Source: an uncultured Chloroflexia bacterium
GTDB taxonomy: Bacteria > Chloroflexota > Limnocylindria > Limnocylindrales > CSP1-4
Assembly: GCA_963720755.1 (NCBI GenBank)
Contig: CAVRGP010000011.1
Location: 384,001-448,000 of the forward strand
Length of the DNA: 64,000 nt
Direction of reading: 5' to 3'
Shown: positions 9,022-19,064 of the stretch, one piece after another
Layout: each line of letters begins with the position of its first letter
How positions within the stretch are numbered: position 1 is the stretch's first letter
The notes under the pieces: generated by a model
Told to the model about the DNA's origin: nothing
Databases searched by the model: none
The model's input: only the letters and a program-made list of their open reading frames with translations
Position numbers and translations under genes: made by a program

Positions 9022-10344
9022 ATGGACCTGCCGAGTGCGCCGTTCGCCATCCGGGCGCGCCTGCTCACGTCACTCGACGCGGGAGGGACACGGTCCGAGC
9101 GTGACGGTCTCGTGGTCGTGGACGCCGACGGCCGGCTGCGCTTCTCGGGTCCCGCATCGGAGCGGCCGGCGGAGGCGGATGCGGCGATCGATCTGCGACC
9201 CTGGGTCGTCATGCCCGGGATGGTCGACCTCCACGCCCACCTGCCACAACTGCCCAATGCGGGGATCGGGTTCGCGCTCGACCTCCTCACCTGGCTCGAT
9301 CGGATCACGTTCCCGACTGAGCGATCCTGGTCGGACCCGACCGTGGCCGAGCGCCAGGCACCGGGGATCTTCGAGTCATTCGCGGCCGCCGGGACGACGA
9401 CGGTCCTCGCCTTCGGGGTGGTCTATGAGGCCGCCATGGACGCCTCGTTCCGGGCGGCCGATGCGCACGGCATCCGGGCGATCCTCGGCAAGGTGATGAT
9501 GGACCGGGGCACCTATGACGAGGTCATCGATCCGACCACGATCCTCGACCGGTCGCTTCGTGAATCGGCCGGGCTGATCGAGCGCTGGCATGGTGCGGAT
9601 AGCGGCCGCCTCGGCTACGCCGTGACGCCTCGGTTCGCCCCGTCCTGTTCGGCCGACATGCTCCGCGGGTCGGCTGAGCTGGCAGCGACGACCGGAGCCT
9701 GGTGGCAGTCGCACGTGTCCGAGGATCCGCTTGAGATCGCGGAAGTCCGCCGGCAATTCCCCGACGCGCGCGACTACGTCGACGTCTATGACAGGGCGGG
9801 CGCGCTCGGGCCGAGGGCGATCCTCGCGCACGCGATCCACCTGTCCGCCGACGAACTCGCCCGGCTGGTCGACTCGGGGACGCACGTCGCTCACTGCCCG
9901 GCCTCGAACCTGTTCATCGGGGCAGGCGTCATGCCCCTGGCTCGGTACCTCGACGCGGGCTTGTCGGTCGGTCTGGGCTCGGACGTTTCGGGTGGCCCGG
10001 AGGCGTCCATCTTCTCGGTCATGCGGGTCGGGGCATATGCCCAGATGGCGCGACGTTCGGTGGCCGGCGATCCGGGTGCGATCCTCGATCCGCTCGATTG
10101 GTTGCAGATCGGGACGCTGGCGGGGGCCAGGGCGCTGGGCCTCGACGCAGTGATCGGCTCGCTCGAAGCGGGCAAGGATGCCGACCTCATCGCGTTGGAT
10201 CCGAGCTACACCGCCGCCCTCCCCGGGACGGACGACGACGACCCGCGCGACCTCATGAGCCGGTTCATCTTCCGCGCGCACCCTGACATGGTCCGGGCGG
10301 CCTGGGTCCGTGGGCGGCGGCTGGACGGTCCCGGGCGCCGCTGA
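9022..10344 (+). CDS. guaD: guanine deaminase
   Basis: PGMVDLHAHLPQ, LLTWL...FP.E, GKVMMD, YAVTPRFAPSCS, HCPASNL, LGSDVSGG. Confidence 0.9.
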   Translation: MDLPSAPFAIRARLLTSLDAGGTRSERDGLVVVDADGRLRFSGPASERPAEADAAIDLRPWVVMPGMVDLHAHLPQLPNAGIGFALDLLTWLDRITFPTERSWSDPTVAERQAPGIFESFAAAGTTTVLAFGVVYEAAMDASFRAADAHGIRAILGKVMMDRGTYDEVIDPTTILDRSLRESAGLIERWHGADSGRLGYAVTPRFAPSCSADMLRGSAELAATTGAWWQSHVSEDPLEIAEVRRQFPDARDYVDVYDRAGALGPRAILAHAIHLSADELARLVDSGTHVAHCPASNLFIGAGVMPLARYLDAGLSVGLGSDVSGGPEASIFSVMRVGAYAQMARRSVAGDPGAILDPLDWLQIGTLAGARALGLDAVIGSLEAGKDADLIALDPSYTAALPGTDDDDPRDLMSRFIFRAHPDMVRAAWVRGRRLDGPGRR

Positions 10345-10362
10345 AGCTCGGTCGGGCTTCGG

Positions 10363-12084
10363 TCAGGCCCCACAGATCCGGATCGCGCCAACGCCCTCGG
10401 GCAGATCGAGCCGGACCGTCCAGACCGACGCATCGCCGATGTCGGGGACGCTGAGATCAACCGGGTGGTTCGCCGCGACGTCGAAGTCGATCGCCTTCGA
10501 CGGCGGTTGGGTGAGGCCCAGCTGTGCGCTCAGGCGGACATCGGTCGAGGAGTCGATCCGGACACGTGTCCCGGTCGGGACGAGGATGGTGACCCGGGCA
10601 TCTGGACCGGCCCGCATCGGGATCAGACACGCCCCGTCGGCCACGATCGTCACGTCCGCCTGGTTGACCACCGGCAGGTGGGTCGGTGTCTGGCCCCCGA
10701 CGGCGGGGAGGGCGCTGAACCCTCCGCCCACCATCCATAGCAGGGCGGCCTCTCGACCCTTGGCGCCAGGGTCGCGGGCCACGGCCGGGACCAGGGAATC
10801 GTGCAGGGGGGATCCGAACCGCTCGACCGTCGCGATCAGGACCGGCAGGGGTGGGATCCGGAGTGGCCTCGATCCCGGGTCGATCCAATCCTCGCCGCCG
10901 CGCGTGAGGGCCAGCTCGATATACGCTCTGGTCAGGTTCGCGTGTGCCTGGAATTGGGAACGGATCGGACCGAATGCCGCGAGGTTGACCACGGTGACGA
11001 CGAGGACGGCGACCGACACCACCGCCACGAGCGTCACCGAGCCGACTCGACGTCCCTTCGCCCAGTCGCGCAGCAACGGCAGCCAGTCCGCGGCGGATAA
11101 CATCAAGAAGAATGCCGCGACGTAGACGTACCGGCTGCGAGTCGCGAAGTCTGCGGGCAGATCGGCTCGGACCGTTCCGATGATGGTGTACATGACCGCG
11201 ATCGCGAACAGGGAGCCGGCGGCCAGGGCCGGCGGCCGATGGCTCCGGAGGACGGCCCATACCGTCGCCACAGCGAAGATCGCGAACAGGATCACGGACA
11301 GGCTGTCGCCGAGCGGCAGGCGGCCCAGACCCGTGAAGGCGCCGATCGCGTGGCCGATCCCACGGACGATGAAGGCCGCGACCTCCACCAGGCCCGCGAG
11401 GTGTCCATGTCGGTCGACCGAACCCTGGCCGACGGTCACGTACCAGACGGCGTAGACGACCGCTGGCGGGATGATCGCGAGCGCCCGTCGCCGGGCAGCC
11501 GGGTCGAGGAGCGTCCGGCCCGCACCGGCGACGAGAAAGAACAAACCCATTCCCGATGACATGAGCGCAGCGATCAGCAGGAGTGCGGCACCGATGACCG
11601 GCCCGCGTCCGCGACGGTCCAGCATCACCAGTGCCCATGACCCGAACGCGACGGACCCGACGAAGCCGGTCTGGAATGCCCAGAACAGGTTCTCCGAGCC
11701 GCTCCCCAGGAACAACAGCGGGACACAGGCGACGGTGGCCACCACCGTCCCGGCACGGTGCCGGATGAGGAAGAACGCCGCCGCCACCGCGATCAGGTGA
11801 AGGGCGATCACTTCCGCGAGATAGGGCAGATAGGAGTGCAGTCCGACGACGCCGAAGGTGGCCCGATACAGCAGGAGTGGGAACGTCGACCAATGCTCGT
11901 TGACCGGGCGGATGAGGTCGATCAGCCCGCCGCTGAAGGTGATCGAGCCCCATTCGTCCTGCCAGAACGTCATCGACCGGCCGAGGAACATGAGGACCGC
12001 GGCGGCGACGCTCCCGAGCAGCACGATCGGGATGTACGGTGCCACTCGACGCGAGCGCGGGACCGGCCGGGCGTCGAGCATCAT
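10363..12084 (-). CDS. multi-pass membrane protein, probable GT-C glycosyltransferase
   Basis: Start reset to ATG 12084. First helix is followed by FWQDEW..P.NEH (acidic DE loop), then many TM helices and a soluble C-terminal domain. Confidence 0.65.
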   Translation of the reverse strand: MMLDARPVPRSRRVAPYIPIVLLGSVAAAVLMFLGRSMTFWQDEWGSITFSGGLIDLIRPVNEHWSTFPLLLYRATFGVVGLHSYLPYLAEVIALHLIAVAAAFFLIRHRAGTVVATVACVPLLFLGSGSENLFWAFQTGFVGSVAFGSWALVMLDRRGRGPVIGAALLLIAALMSSGMGLFFLVAGAGRTLLDPAARRRALAIIPPAVVYAVWYVTVGQGSVDRHGHLAGLVEVAAFIVRGIGHAIGAFTGLGRLPLGDSLSVILFAIFAVATVWAVLRSHRPPALAAGSLFAIAVMYTIIGTVRADLPADFATRSRYVYVAAFFLMLSAADWLPLLRDWAKGRRVGSVTLVAVVSVAVLVVTVVNLAAFGPIRSQFQAHANLTRAYIELALTRGGEDWIDPGSRPLRIPPLPVLIATVERFGSPLHDSLVPAVARDPGAKGREAALLWMVGGGFSALPAVGGQTPTHLPVVNQADVTIVADGACLIPMRAGPDARVTILVPTGTRVRIDSSTDVRLSAQLGLTQPPSKAIDFDVAANHPVDLSVPDIGDASVWTVRLDLPEGVGAIRICGA

Positions 12085-12148
12085 GCGGGAGCCTACACCT
12101 GGATCGTTCGCGCCGCGGTGGAGCCACCGGGTCGGGTATCGTCGGTCC

Positions 12149-13750
12149 GTGACCGAACACGCCGACGTCCTGATCCGTGGCGGCAGCATCGTCGACGGGA
12201 CCGGCGCTCCGCCGCTCGCTGCAACGGTCGCGGTCCGAGACGGCAGGATCAGCGTCCTCGGTCCGAACGAACCGGAACCGACCCACATCGCCCGGACCAT
12301 CGACGCATCCGGCCGGGTGGTCGCCCCCGGGTTCATCGACCTCCACAGTCACGGCGGCCTGATGATCCTGGCCGACCCTCGCCACGAGCCCAAGGTCCGC
12401 CAGGGCGTCACGACCGAACTCGTCGGCGTGGACGGGAACGGGTTCGCACCGTTCGCCCGGCGTGCTGATCTCGAGGCCTTCGTCACGCTCGACTCGGGTC
12501 TCGACGGACGACCGGACCTCGACTACGACTGGACCACGGTCGGCGGTTACCTGTCGCGCTTCGACGGCACGGTCAGCGTCAACATGGCGACCCTTGTCGG
12601 CAATTCCCAGCTGCGCATCGCGGCGATCGGCTGGGACGACACGCCAGCCGACGCCTCGGCGATCGACCGGATGACCGCGTTGCTCCGCGAATCGATGGCC
12701 GAGGGCGCATTCGGGCTGAGCTCAGGGCTCGACTATCCGCCCGGAGCGTTCGCCACGACCGAGGAACTCGCCGCGCTCACCCGCGAAGCCGGTCGACGTG
12801 GTGGCTTCTACCACTCCCATGTGCGCTACGCGCTGGGCGACCGCTACCTCGATCCGTTCCGGGAGGCGATCGAGATCGGCCGCCGGGCCGAAGCTCCCGC
12901 CCACATCACCCACTTCTATCACCGGGCCACCCAGCCGGGCGGTCCCGGGCCGATGCTCGACCTGGTCGACGAAGCACGGAGCGCAGGGATCGACGTGACC
13001 TTCGACACCTACCCGTCCGAGTGGGCATCGACCCGATTGCTCATCCAACTTCCGCTCTGGATCCAGGCGGGCGGACCCGGTCCACTGAAGGCGCGGCTAG
13101 CCGACCGCGCGGCCCGCGACCGCCTTCGTGCCGACTTCTCGGCGCGGGGCGCGTCGTATGCCAGTTCGGCCGGCTGGGCGGACGTCCGCCTCGGCGCCTT
13201 TCGCCGACCGGCGAACCTGCGCTGGGAGAGCAGGACCGTGGCCGAGGTCATGGCGGAGATGGGTCGGGATGCCGTCGATGTCATCTGCGATCTCCTCCTC
13301 GACGAGGATCTCGGGGTCAGCCAGGTGACGACCGGGCCGGACGCCTCGACGATGCCCCGGTTCGTCGCGCATCCAGCCGGGATGGTCGGGACGGACAGCA
13401 CCTTCCTCGGTGCCAAGCCAAGCCCGCGGACCTACGGCAGCTTCCCGCGGATCCTCGGCCAGTTCGTCCGCGACGAGGCACTCATGAGCCTGGAGGAGGC
13501 GGTCCGCAAGATGACCTCGGCACCGGCCGCACGTCTCGGCCTCCACGACCGCGGAGTGATCCGGGATGGGGCGGTCGCGGACCTGGTCGTGTTCGATCCG
13601 GCGACGGTCCGCGCGACTGCCACGTACGACAGGCCGCGGGCCTACCCGGTCGGGATCGAGCAGGTCATCGTCGGGGGGACACTCGTGGTCGCCGATGGCG
13701 TGCACACCGGCGCGACGCCAGGACGGTCGCTCCGGCTCGGCCGCGACTGA
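12149..13750 (+). CDS. N-acyl-D-amino-acid deacylase family amidohydrolase
   Basis: GTG 12149; VAPGFIDLHSH, QGVTTELVG, GLSSGLDYPPG, PRTYGSFPRILG, AVRKMTS. Confidence 0.88.
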   Translation: MTEHADVLIRGGSIVDGTGAPPLAATVAVRDGRISVLGPNEPEPTHIARTIDASGRVVAPGFIDLHSHGGLMILADPRHEPKVRQGVTTELVGVDGNGFAPFARRADLEAFVTLDSGLDGRPDLDYDWTTVGGYLSRFDGTVSVNMATLVGNSQLRIAAIGWDDTPADASAIDRMTALLRESMAEGAFGLSSGLDYPPGAFATTEELAALTREAGRRGGFYHSHVRYALGDRYLDPFREAIEIGRRAEAPAHITHFYHRATQPGGPGPMLDLVDEARSAGIDVTFDTYPSEWASTRLLIQLPLWIQAGGPGPLKARLADRAARDRLRADFSARGASYASSAGWADVRLGAFRRPANLRWESRTVAEVMAEMGRDAVDVICDLLLDEDLGVSQVTTGPDASTMPRFVAHPAGMVGTDSTFLGAKPSPRTYGSFPRILGQFVRDEALMSLEEAVRKMTSAPAARLGLHDRGVIRDGAVADLVVFDPATVRATATYDRPRAYPVGIEQVIVGGTLVVADGVHTGATPGRSLRLGRD

Positions 13751-13759
13751 ACGACCGGC

Positions 13760-14496
13760 TCAGGCTGGGGAGGGCGATCTCTCGGCGTCGTGGTGGGTCG
13801 GCCCGCTGGCACCGAGTCCGACGTCGGTCGACCGCCGCGCGCCACGACGAAGCTCCGTGAACATCCGTTCCTGGGCGACCGCCGCGGCGTCGACCAGGGT
13901 CGTGTCCGCGGCCGGACTGGCCCAGCCGATGGCGAGTTCGAGCGCGATCGCGCCGGACTCGAGCCAGAGTTCGCAGGCGTGACGGACGCGTTCGACGTAG
14001 TTGACCGCATCGACCTCACCCGTCTCGGGAGCAGGAGGCCGAACCGCTCCGGTCCCGATGCGCGCGACAAAATCGGCGCTCGCGTGCATTGCGCCGAATC
14101 GTATCGGCGAGCGCGGGAAGGACCCGGTCACCGGCTTCGCGGCCAAGCGAGTTGACGAGACGATCGAACCCACCCAATTCCACGATGACGACGGTGGCGG
14201 GGTGGCCGTAGCGATGGTTGCGGGCATCCTCGTTCAGGATGATCCGGTTCCATTCGGTGGCGAGGAGCAGACCCGGTCAGACGGATCGGTCCGGCTCGTC
14301 GGCGCCGGGGTCTCGAGCCGGTGGCATCCGGCTGACATAGCCGAGCGACTCCTGGGTCGGCTGGATGACCTCTTCGGCCTTGTCCGACCTGACGGTCCCT
14401 GCGGCGGAGCAGCACGGACCGGACGAGGGCGATCAGGATCAGGATGAGGTTCGCGGCCACGAGGATGACGAGCAGGATGGCGATGTTCTGGTTCAT
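13760..14496 (-). pseudogene. membrane-anchored degenerate GGDEF-domain protein with multiple frameshifts
   Basis: Joined across frames: TM helix; TDP/LTG/L..EWNR...RYGHPATVVIVEL..FD.LVNSLGREAGDRVL.ALADTIRRNAR/SADFVARIG../RFGLLLP/ETGEVDA.NYVERVR. Confidence 0.75.
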
Positions 14497-14821
14497 ATCG
14501 ACCGTGATAGGGACGGATGATCGGGGCCCGGATGAACGATGAAGGGCTCCCTGGACCGCGGATGATACCGGCTGGCGGGGTTGCGTGGCCCTGTTTCCGG
14601 TGCTGCCACGGACCATTTCACGGTGCCGTGACGCACCGGACCGTGTGGTCCGGACCCGTCTGGTGGAGTGCGCTGTGGAATCGTCACCCGAAGCTCCATG
14701 GACGCAGTCTTGCCTCGAGCGACGCGGAGCGGCCATGACCCGATGGTCACGGGTGGCCCGTTCCGCGCCGATCACGCCGTGAACTCCCGGTGATAGAGTC
14801 AGGTGCCATGGAGGAAGGCCC

Positions 14822-17158
14822 TTGCCTGACTTGACGAGCCGGACGGAGTCACCCGGCGCCCTCGTCATCCAGCCGGGCGTGGTGGTGGCCGGGCGGGCCC
14901 GTGGCGCGCCACCACTGCGTCGCGACGGGCCGGCGAAACTGACCGGCGCGGCCAAGTACGCGGACGACCTGGTCTTCCCCGGTGCCTGGTTCGGAACGAC
15001 GATCCGATCGACCGACGCGCACGCCAAGCTGGTCGAGTTCGTGCCGGACCCGACCTTCGACTGGTCCCGGGTCGTGGTCGTCACCGCGGCCGACATCCCG
15101 GGTGACAACGTGGTGAGCTCGATCAAGGCGGACCAGCCGATCCTGGTCCCGGTCGGGGGCGAGATCCAACATCACGCCGAACCGCTCGCGCTGATCGCGG
15201 CACCGGACCGGGCGACGCTGCGGGCGGCCCGTCGCGCGTTTCGGGTCACGACCGAGGCACTGCCGGCCCACTTCGACCCACTCGAGTCGGACCACATCTT
15301 CGCCGCGTACGACCTGACGACGGGTGACGTCGACGGGGGCCTGGCAGCGGCGGACCGGATCATCGAAGGCGAGTACCGGGTCGGCCATCAGGAGCAGCTG
15401 TACATCGAGAACAACGCGATGATCGCCGTCCCGACCGACGACCACGGCGTCGTGGTCCACGGCTCGCTCCAGTGCCCCTACTACGTCCACGCCGCGCTGA
15501 AGCGGGGCCTGGCGATGGACGACGCCCAGGCCCGCGTGATCCAGGCGGAGACCGGTGGAGGGTTCGGCGGCAAGGAGGAGTATCCGTCGATGATCGCCCT
15601 GCACGCGGCTCTCCTGGCGGGCAAGGCAAGGCGCCCAGTGCGGATGATCTACGACCGGCACGAGGATCTGGCGGCCACGACCAAGCGCCACCCGGCCATC
15701 GTCCGACACCGGACGGGCGTCACCCTGGACGGCCGGCTGGTGGCCCAGGACATCGAGGTCGTGATGGATGGCGGGGCGTACTGCACGCTGACGCCCGTCG
15801 TCCTGTCGCGCGGCGCGATCCACGCCGGCGGCCCGTATCGCTGCCCGAACGTGCGCATCCGTGCGCGGGCGGCTCGCACCAACACCCCGCCGAACGGTGC
15901 CTTCCGCGGGTTCGGGGCGCCGCAGACCGAGTTCGCGGCCGAGACGCATCTGAATCGGATCGCCGAGGTGCTCGATCTCAGTCCGCTCGAGATCCGCCGA
16001 CGCAATGTCTACCGGCTCGGCGATACGACGCCGACCGGCCAGCTCCTCGGCTCGAGTGTCGCCGGCGAGGAAGTCCTCGAGCGCGCCGCCGAGGCCGCCG
16101 AGTTCGAGCGCCTGCGGGTCCGGCATCGGCGCGAACGGACCGATCGCGAAGACACCGGGACCACCCCGGCGTCACGATATCGGACCGGGCGGGCCCGGCT
16201 CGCGAGCGGTGTCGGCCTGGCCCTCGGCTGGCATGGTGCCGGGTTCACCGGCTCGGGCGAGGTCCACCTGGCCTCGGTCGCATCACTCGGATTGACCACC
16301 GAGGGGATCACGATCCTGGTCGCCTCGACCGAGATGGGTCAGGGCACGAAGACCATCTTTCCGCAGCTCGTCGCAGAGGCGCTCGGTGTCCCGTTCGACG
16401 CCGTCGAGATCGCTCCTCAGGACACCGCCCACGTGCCTGATTCGGGTCCGACGGTCGCCTCACGAACGACGATGGTCGTCGGCGGCCTCCTGATCAAGGC
16501 GGCGCAGCGGTTGCGGGCCGATGTGGAAGGTTCGACCGGCGGTCCGTTCGCCGAAACGTACCGTGACTTCGCGCGGGCACACGGCCCGCTCCGGGTCGAC
16601 CAGCGGTTCGAGCCGTATCCGGGCGTGGGCTTCGACGATGCGACCTACCGGGGCGATGCCTATCCGGCGTACGGGTGGGCGGCCTGCGTCGCGAGCGTCG
16701 AAGTCGACCTGGATACTGGCGAGGTCCACGTGCTCGATGTCGTCGCTGCCGACGATATCGGTCGGGTCGTCCATCCGGTCCTCGCCGAGGGCCAGGTCGA
16801 GGGTGGGACGCTCCAGGCTGTGGGCTACGCGACCATCGAGGAGATCAAGCTCCGCGACGGGCGCTACCTCAATGACCGCCTCGCGACGTACATCATCCCG
16901 ACCGCGCTCGACGCCCCGCGGATCACGACGATCCTGGTCGAGGCCCCGTTCGACGGTGTCCCGCACGGAGCGAAGGGGGTCGGCGAGTTGCCGATGGATG
17001 TCGGGGCTCCGGCCGTGGTCGCGGCGATCGCGGATGCGACCGGCGTCTGGATCCCGGACCTGCCGGCGAGCCCCGAGCGGATCCTGGCTGCGATCGCCGG
17101 CATACCGGCTGCGGCCCCGCTGCCGCCCGGTGCGTCCGAACCGGCTGCCCGGCCATGA
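14822..17158 (+). CDS. pucD: xanthine dehydrogenase family molybdopterin-binding subunit
   Basis: GGAGG RBS before TTG; HQEQLYIE, GGGFGGK, AFRGFG, EMGQG, GQVEGG, KGVGE. Confidence 0.9.
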   Translation: MPDLTSRTESPGALVIQPGVVVAGRARGAPPLRRDGPAKLTGAAKYADDLVFPGAWFGTTIRSTDAHAKLVEFVPDPTFDWSRVVVVTAADIPGDNVVSSIKADQPILVPVGGEIQHHAEPLALIAAPDRATLRAARRAFRVTTEALPAHFDPLESDHIFAAYDLTTGDVDGGLAAADRIIEGEYRVGHQEQLYIENNAMIAVPTDDHGVVVHGSLQCPYYVHAALKRGLAMDDAQARVIQAETGGGFGGKEEYPSMIALHAALLAGKARRPVRMIYDRHEDLAATTKRHPAIVRHRTGVTLDGRLVAQDIEVVMDGGAYCTLTPVVLSRGAIHAGGPYRCPNVRIRARAARTNTPPNGAFRGFGAPQTEFAAETHLNRIAEVLDLSPLEIRRRNVYRLGDTTPTGQLLGSSVAGEEVLERAAEAAEFERLRVRHRRERTDREDTGTTPASRYRTGRARLASGVGLALGWHGAGFTGSGEVHLASVASLGLTTEGITILVASTEMGQGTKTIFPQLVAEALGVPFDAVEIAPQDTAHVPDSGPTVASRTTMVVGGLLIKAAQRLRADVEGSTGGPFAETYRDFARAHGPLRVDQRFEPYPGVGFDDATYRGDAYPAYGWAACVASVEVDLDTGEVHVLDVVAADDIGRVVHPVLAEGQVEGGTLQAVGYATIEEIKLRDGRYLNDRLATYIIPTALDAPRITTILVEAPFDGVPHGAKGVGELPMDVGAPAVVAAIADATGVWIPDLPASPERILAAIAGIPAAAPLPPGASEPAARP

Positions 17159-17646
17159 CCGCGTACCGCTTCGTCGTCAACGATTCCGCCGTCGAGGTCG
17201 AGGCCCCGGGGATGCGCCGCCTGCTCGACGTGTTGCGCGAGGACCTGGCCCTGACCGGGACGAAGGAGGGCTGCGGTGAGGGAGAGTGCGGCGCCTGTAC
17301 CGTCCTCCTCGACGGCCTGCCAGTCGACGCCTGTCTCGTGCCGGTCTGCCAGGTCGACGGCTCGTCCGTCGTGACGGTCGAACACCTGGCGGCCCCGCCC
17401 GCGGTTCCGGGAGCCCCGCCCGCGCTCGACGGCCTTCAATCGGCCTTCCTCGAGACGGGTGGTGCCCAATGCGGGATCTGCACGCCGGGCATGCTCATGG
17501 CCGCCCGGGCCTACCTCGAAGCGGGCGGCGGTCCGGACCACGATGCCATCCGCGAGGCGATCGCCGGGAATCTTTGTCGCTGCACCGGGTACACCAAGAT
17601 CGTCGAGGCGATCGCCCTCGCATCCGCGCTGGACCGGAAGGTCTGA
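17155..17646 (+). CDS. pucE: xanthine dehydrogenase 2Fe-2S subunit
   Basis: GTKEGCGEGECGAC, QCGICTPG, GNLCRCTGY. Confidence 0.93.
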   Translation: MTAYRFVVNDSAVEVEAPGMRRLLDVLREDLALTGTKEGCGEGECGACTVLLDGLPVDACLVPVCQVDGSSVVTVEHLAAPPAVPGAPPALDGLQSAFLETGGAQCGICTPGMLMAARAYLEAGGGPDHDAIREAIAGNLCRCTGYTKIVEAIALASALDRKV

Positions 17647-17649
17647 GCC

Positions 17650-18525
17650 GTGGCCGCCAGCCCGACGGTCGCCAGCCCCCAGACCCTGGCCGAGGCCTAT
17701 TCGATCCTGGCCCACGGACCGGCTCGGCCGCTTGCCGGGGGCACGGATCTGATGGTTGCCCTGGATGGTGAACTGGAGGACGCCCCGGGAACCTTCGTCG
17801 ACCTGTGGCGGCTGGACGCGCTTCGGGGGATCGCGCTCGATGGCGATTCGGTGAGCCTGGGTGCGCTGACCACGTATACGGCGATCCGCCGCTCGGCGTT
17901 GTGCACGGAGCACCTGCCGGTGCTGGTCGAGGCGGCATCGACGATCGGCGCGGCCCAGATCCAGAACCGCGGGACGATCGGGGGCAACGTGGCCAACGCG
18001 TCGCCCGCCGGAGACACGCTTCCGATCCTCCTGGCCGCGGACGCTTCGTTCGTGGTCGGGTCGGTGCGCGGTGAACGGACCGTTCCCGCGGCGGCGTTCT
18101 GGCCCGCCTACCGACGCACGGCCATGGCTCCGGACGAACTCCTCCTGCGCATCCGGATCCCACTCATGGCCGGGCGCGAGATGCGCTTTCGCAAGGTCGG
18201 CACGCGCCGCGCCCAATCCATCAGCAAGGTCGTCCTGGCGCTTGGCTGGCGCGACGGTCGGACTGCGGCGGTCCCGCTCGCTGTGGCCCCGTGGACGTCC
18301 GTCCGACTGGCCCTCGGCTCCGTCGCGGCGACACCCATCCGCGCGACCGAGACCGAGGCGGTCCTCGAGGGTCGGCCCCCGACACCCGAGACCGCCGACC
18401 GCGCGACCGAGGCCCTGGCCGCCGAACTCCACCCGATCGATGACGTCCGATCCACCGCCGAGTATCGACGGGTGGTCGCCGCGAGAGTCCTCCATCGCCT
18501 CATCCGCGAAGCCGGCGGCTGGTGA
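17650..18525 (+). CDS. pucC: xanthine dehydrogenase FAD-binding subunit
   Basis: LAGGTDL, QIQNRGTIGGNVANASPAGD, PIDDVRSTAEYR. Confidence 0.92.
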   Translation: MAASPTVASPQTLAEAYSILAHGPARPLAGGTDLMVALDGELEDAPGTFVDLWRLDALRGIALDGDSVSLGALTTYTAIRRSALCTEHLPVLVEAASTIGAAQIQNRGTIGGNVANASPAGDTLPILLAADASFVVGSVRGERTVPAAAFWPAYRRTAMAPDELLLRIRIPLMAGREMRFRKVGTRRAQSISKVVLALGWRDGRTAAVPLAVAPWTSVRLALGSVAATPIRATETEAVLEGRPPTPETADRATEALAAELHPIDDVRSTAEYRRVVAARVLHRLIREAGGW

Positions 18526-19064
18526 TGGCCGGATCCCAGGTGCGCTCGCCCGATGCCCCGTCTATCGACGCTCTCGATGTCATCAGCCCAGGCGCCTTTG
18601 CCGCCGCCGTGTCCCCGCTGTTCGAGGGCGCCCGGGGTTTCCTCGGGCGACTCGCCGTGGCCCGTCCGTTCGGATCGATCGAGGCCCTGTTCAGGACGGC
18701 TCGTGCGATCGCGCACTCGATGCCGGCGGACGAGCAGATCGAGCTGATCGATGCGCACCCGCGGCTCGGTGAACCGCCGGAGAACGTGTCGCGCCTCTCG
18801 TTCCAGGAACAGGGCTACGCCTCCGCCGGCACGGAACGGGCACCGGCCGACGACCGGGTCGCGGCCGAGCTGGCCCGATTGAACGCCGACTACGAGGCCC
18901 GCTTCGGGTTCCGCTACTGCGTGTTCGTGGCCGGTCGCTCCCGAGCGGAACTCCTGCCCGGGCTGGCCGCCGCACTCGAGGCAGACCGCAGCGTCGAGAT
19001 CCACCGGGCACTCGACGCCGTCATCGACATCGCCCGGGATCGCTATGCGAGGCTGTCACCGTGA
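18525..19064 (+). CDS. uraD: OHCU decarboxylase
   Basis: LIDAHPRLG, S..EQ, LN..YEARFGF...VFVAG; directly upstream of uricase. Confidence 0.88.
   Translation: MAGSQVRSPDAPSIDALDVISPGAFAAAVSPLFEGARGFLGRLAVARPFGSIEALFRTARAIAHSMPADEQIELIDAHPRLGEPPENVSRLSFQEQGYASAGTERAPADDRVAAELARLNADYEARFGFRYCVFVAGRSRAELLPGLAAALEADRSVEIHRALDAVIDIARDRYARLSP

Noticed and set aside
14500-14800. c-di-GMP or purine riboswitch between the GGDEF-like gene and xdh
   Set aside because: Hairpins exist (CCGGACC/GGTCCGG, CGTGGC/GCCACG) but I could not match riboswitch consensus features by eye; an Rfam cmscan would settle it.
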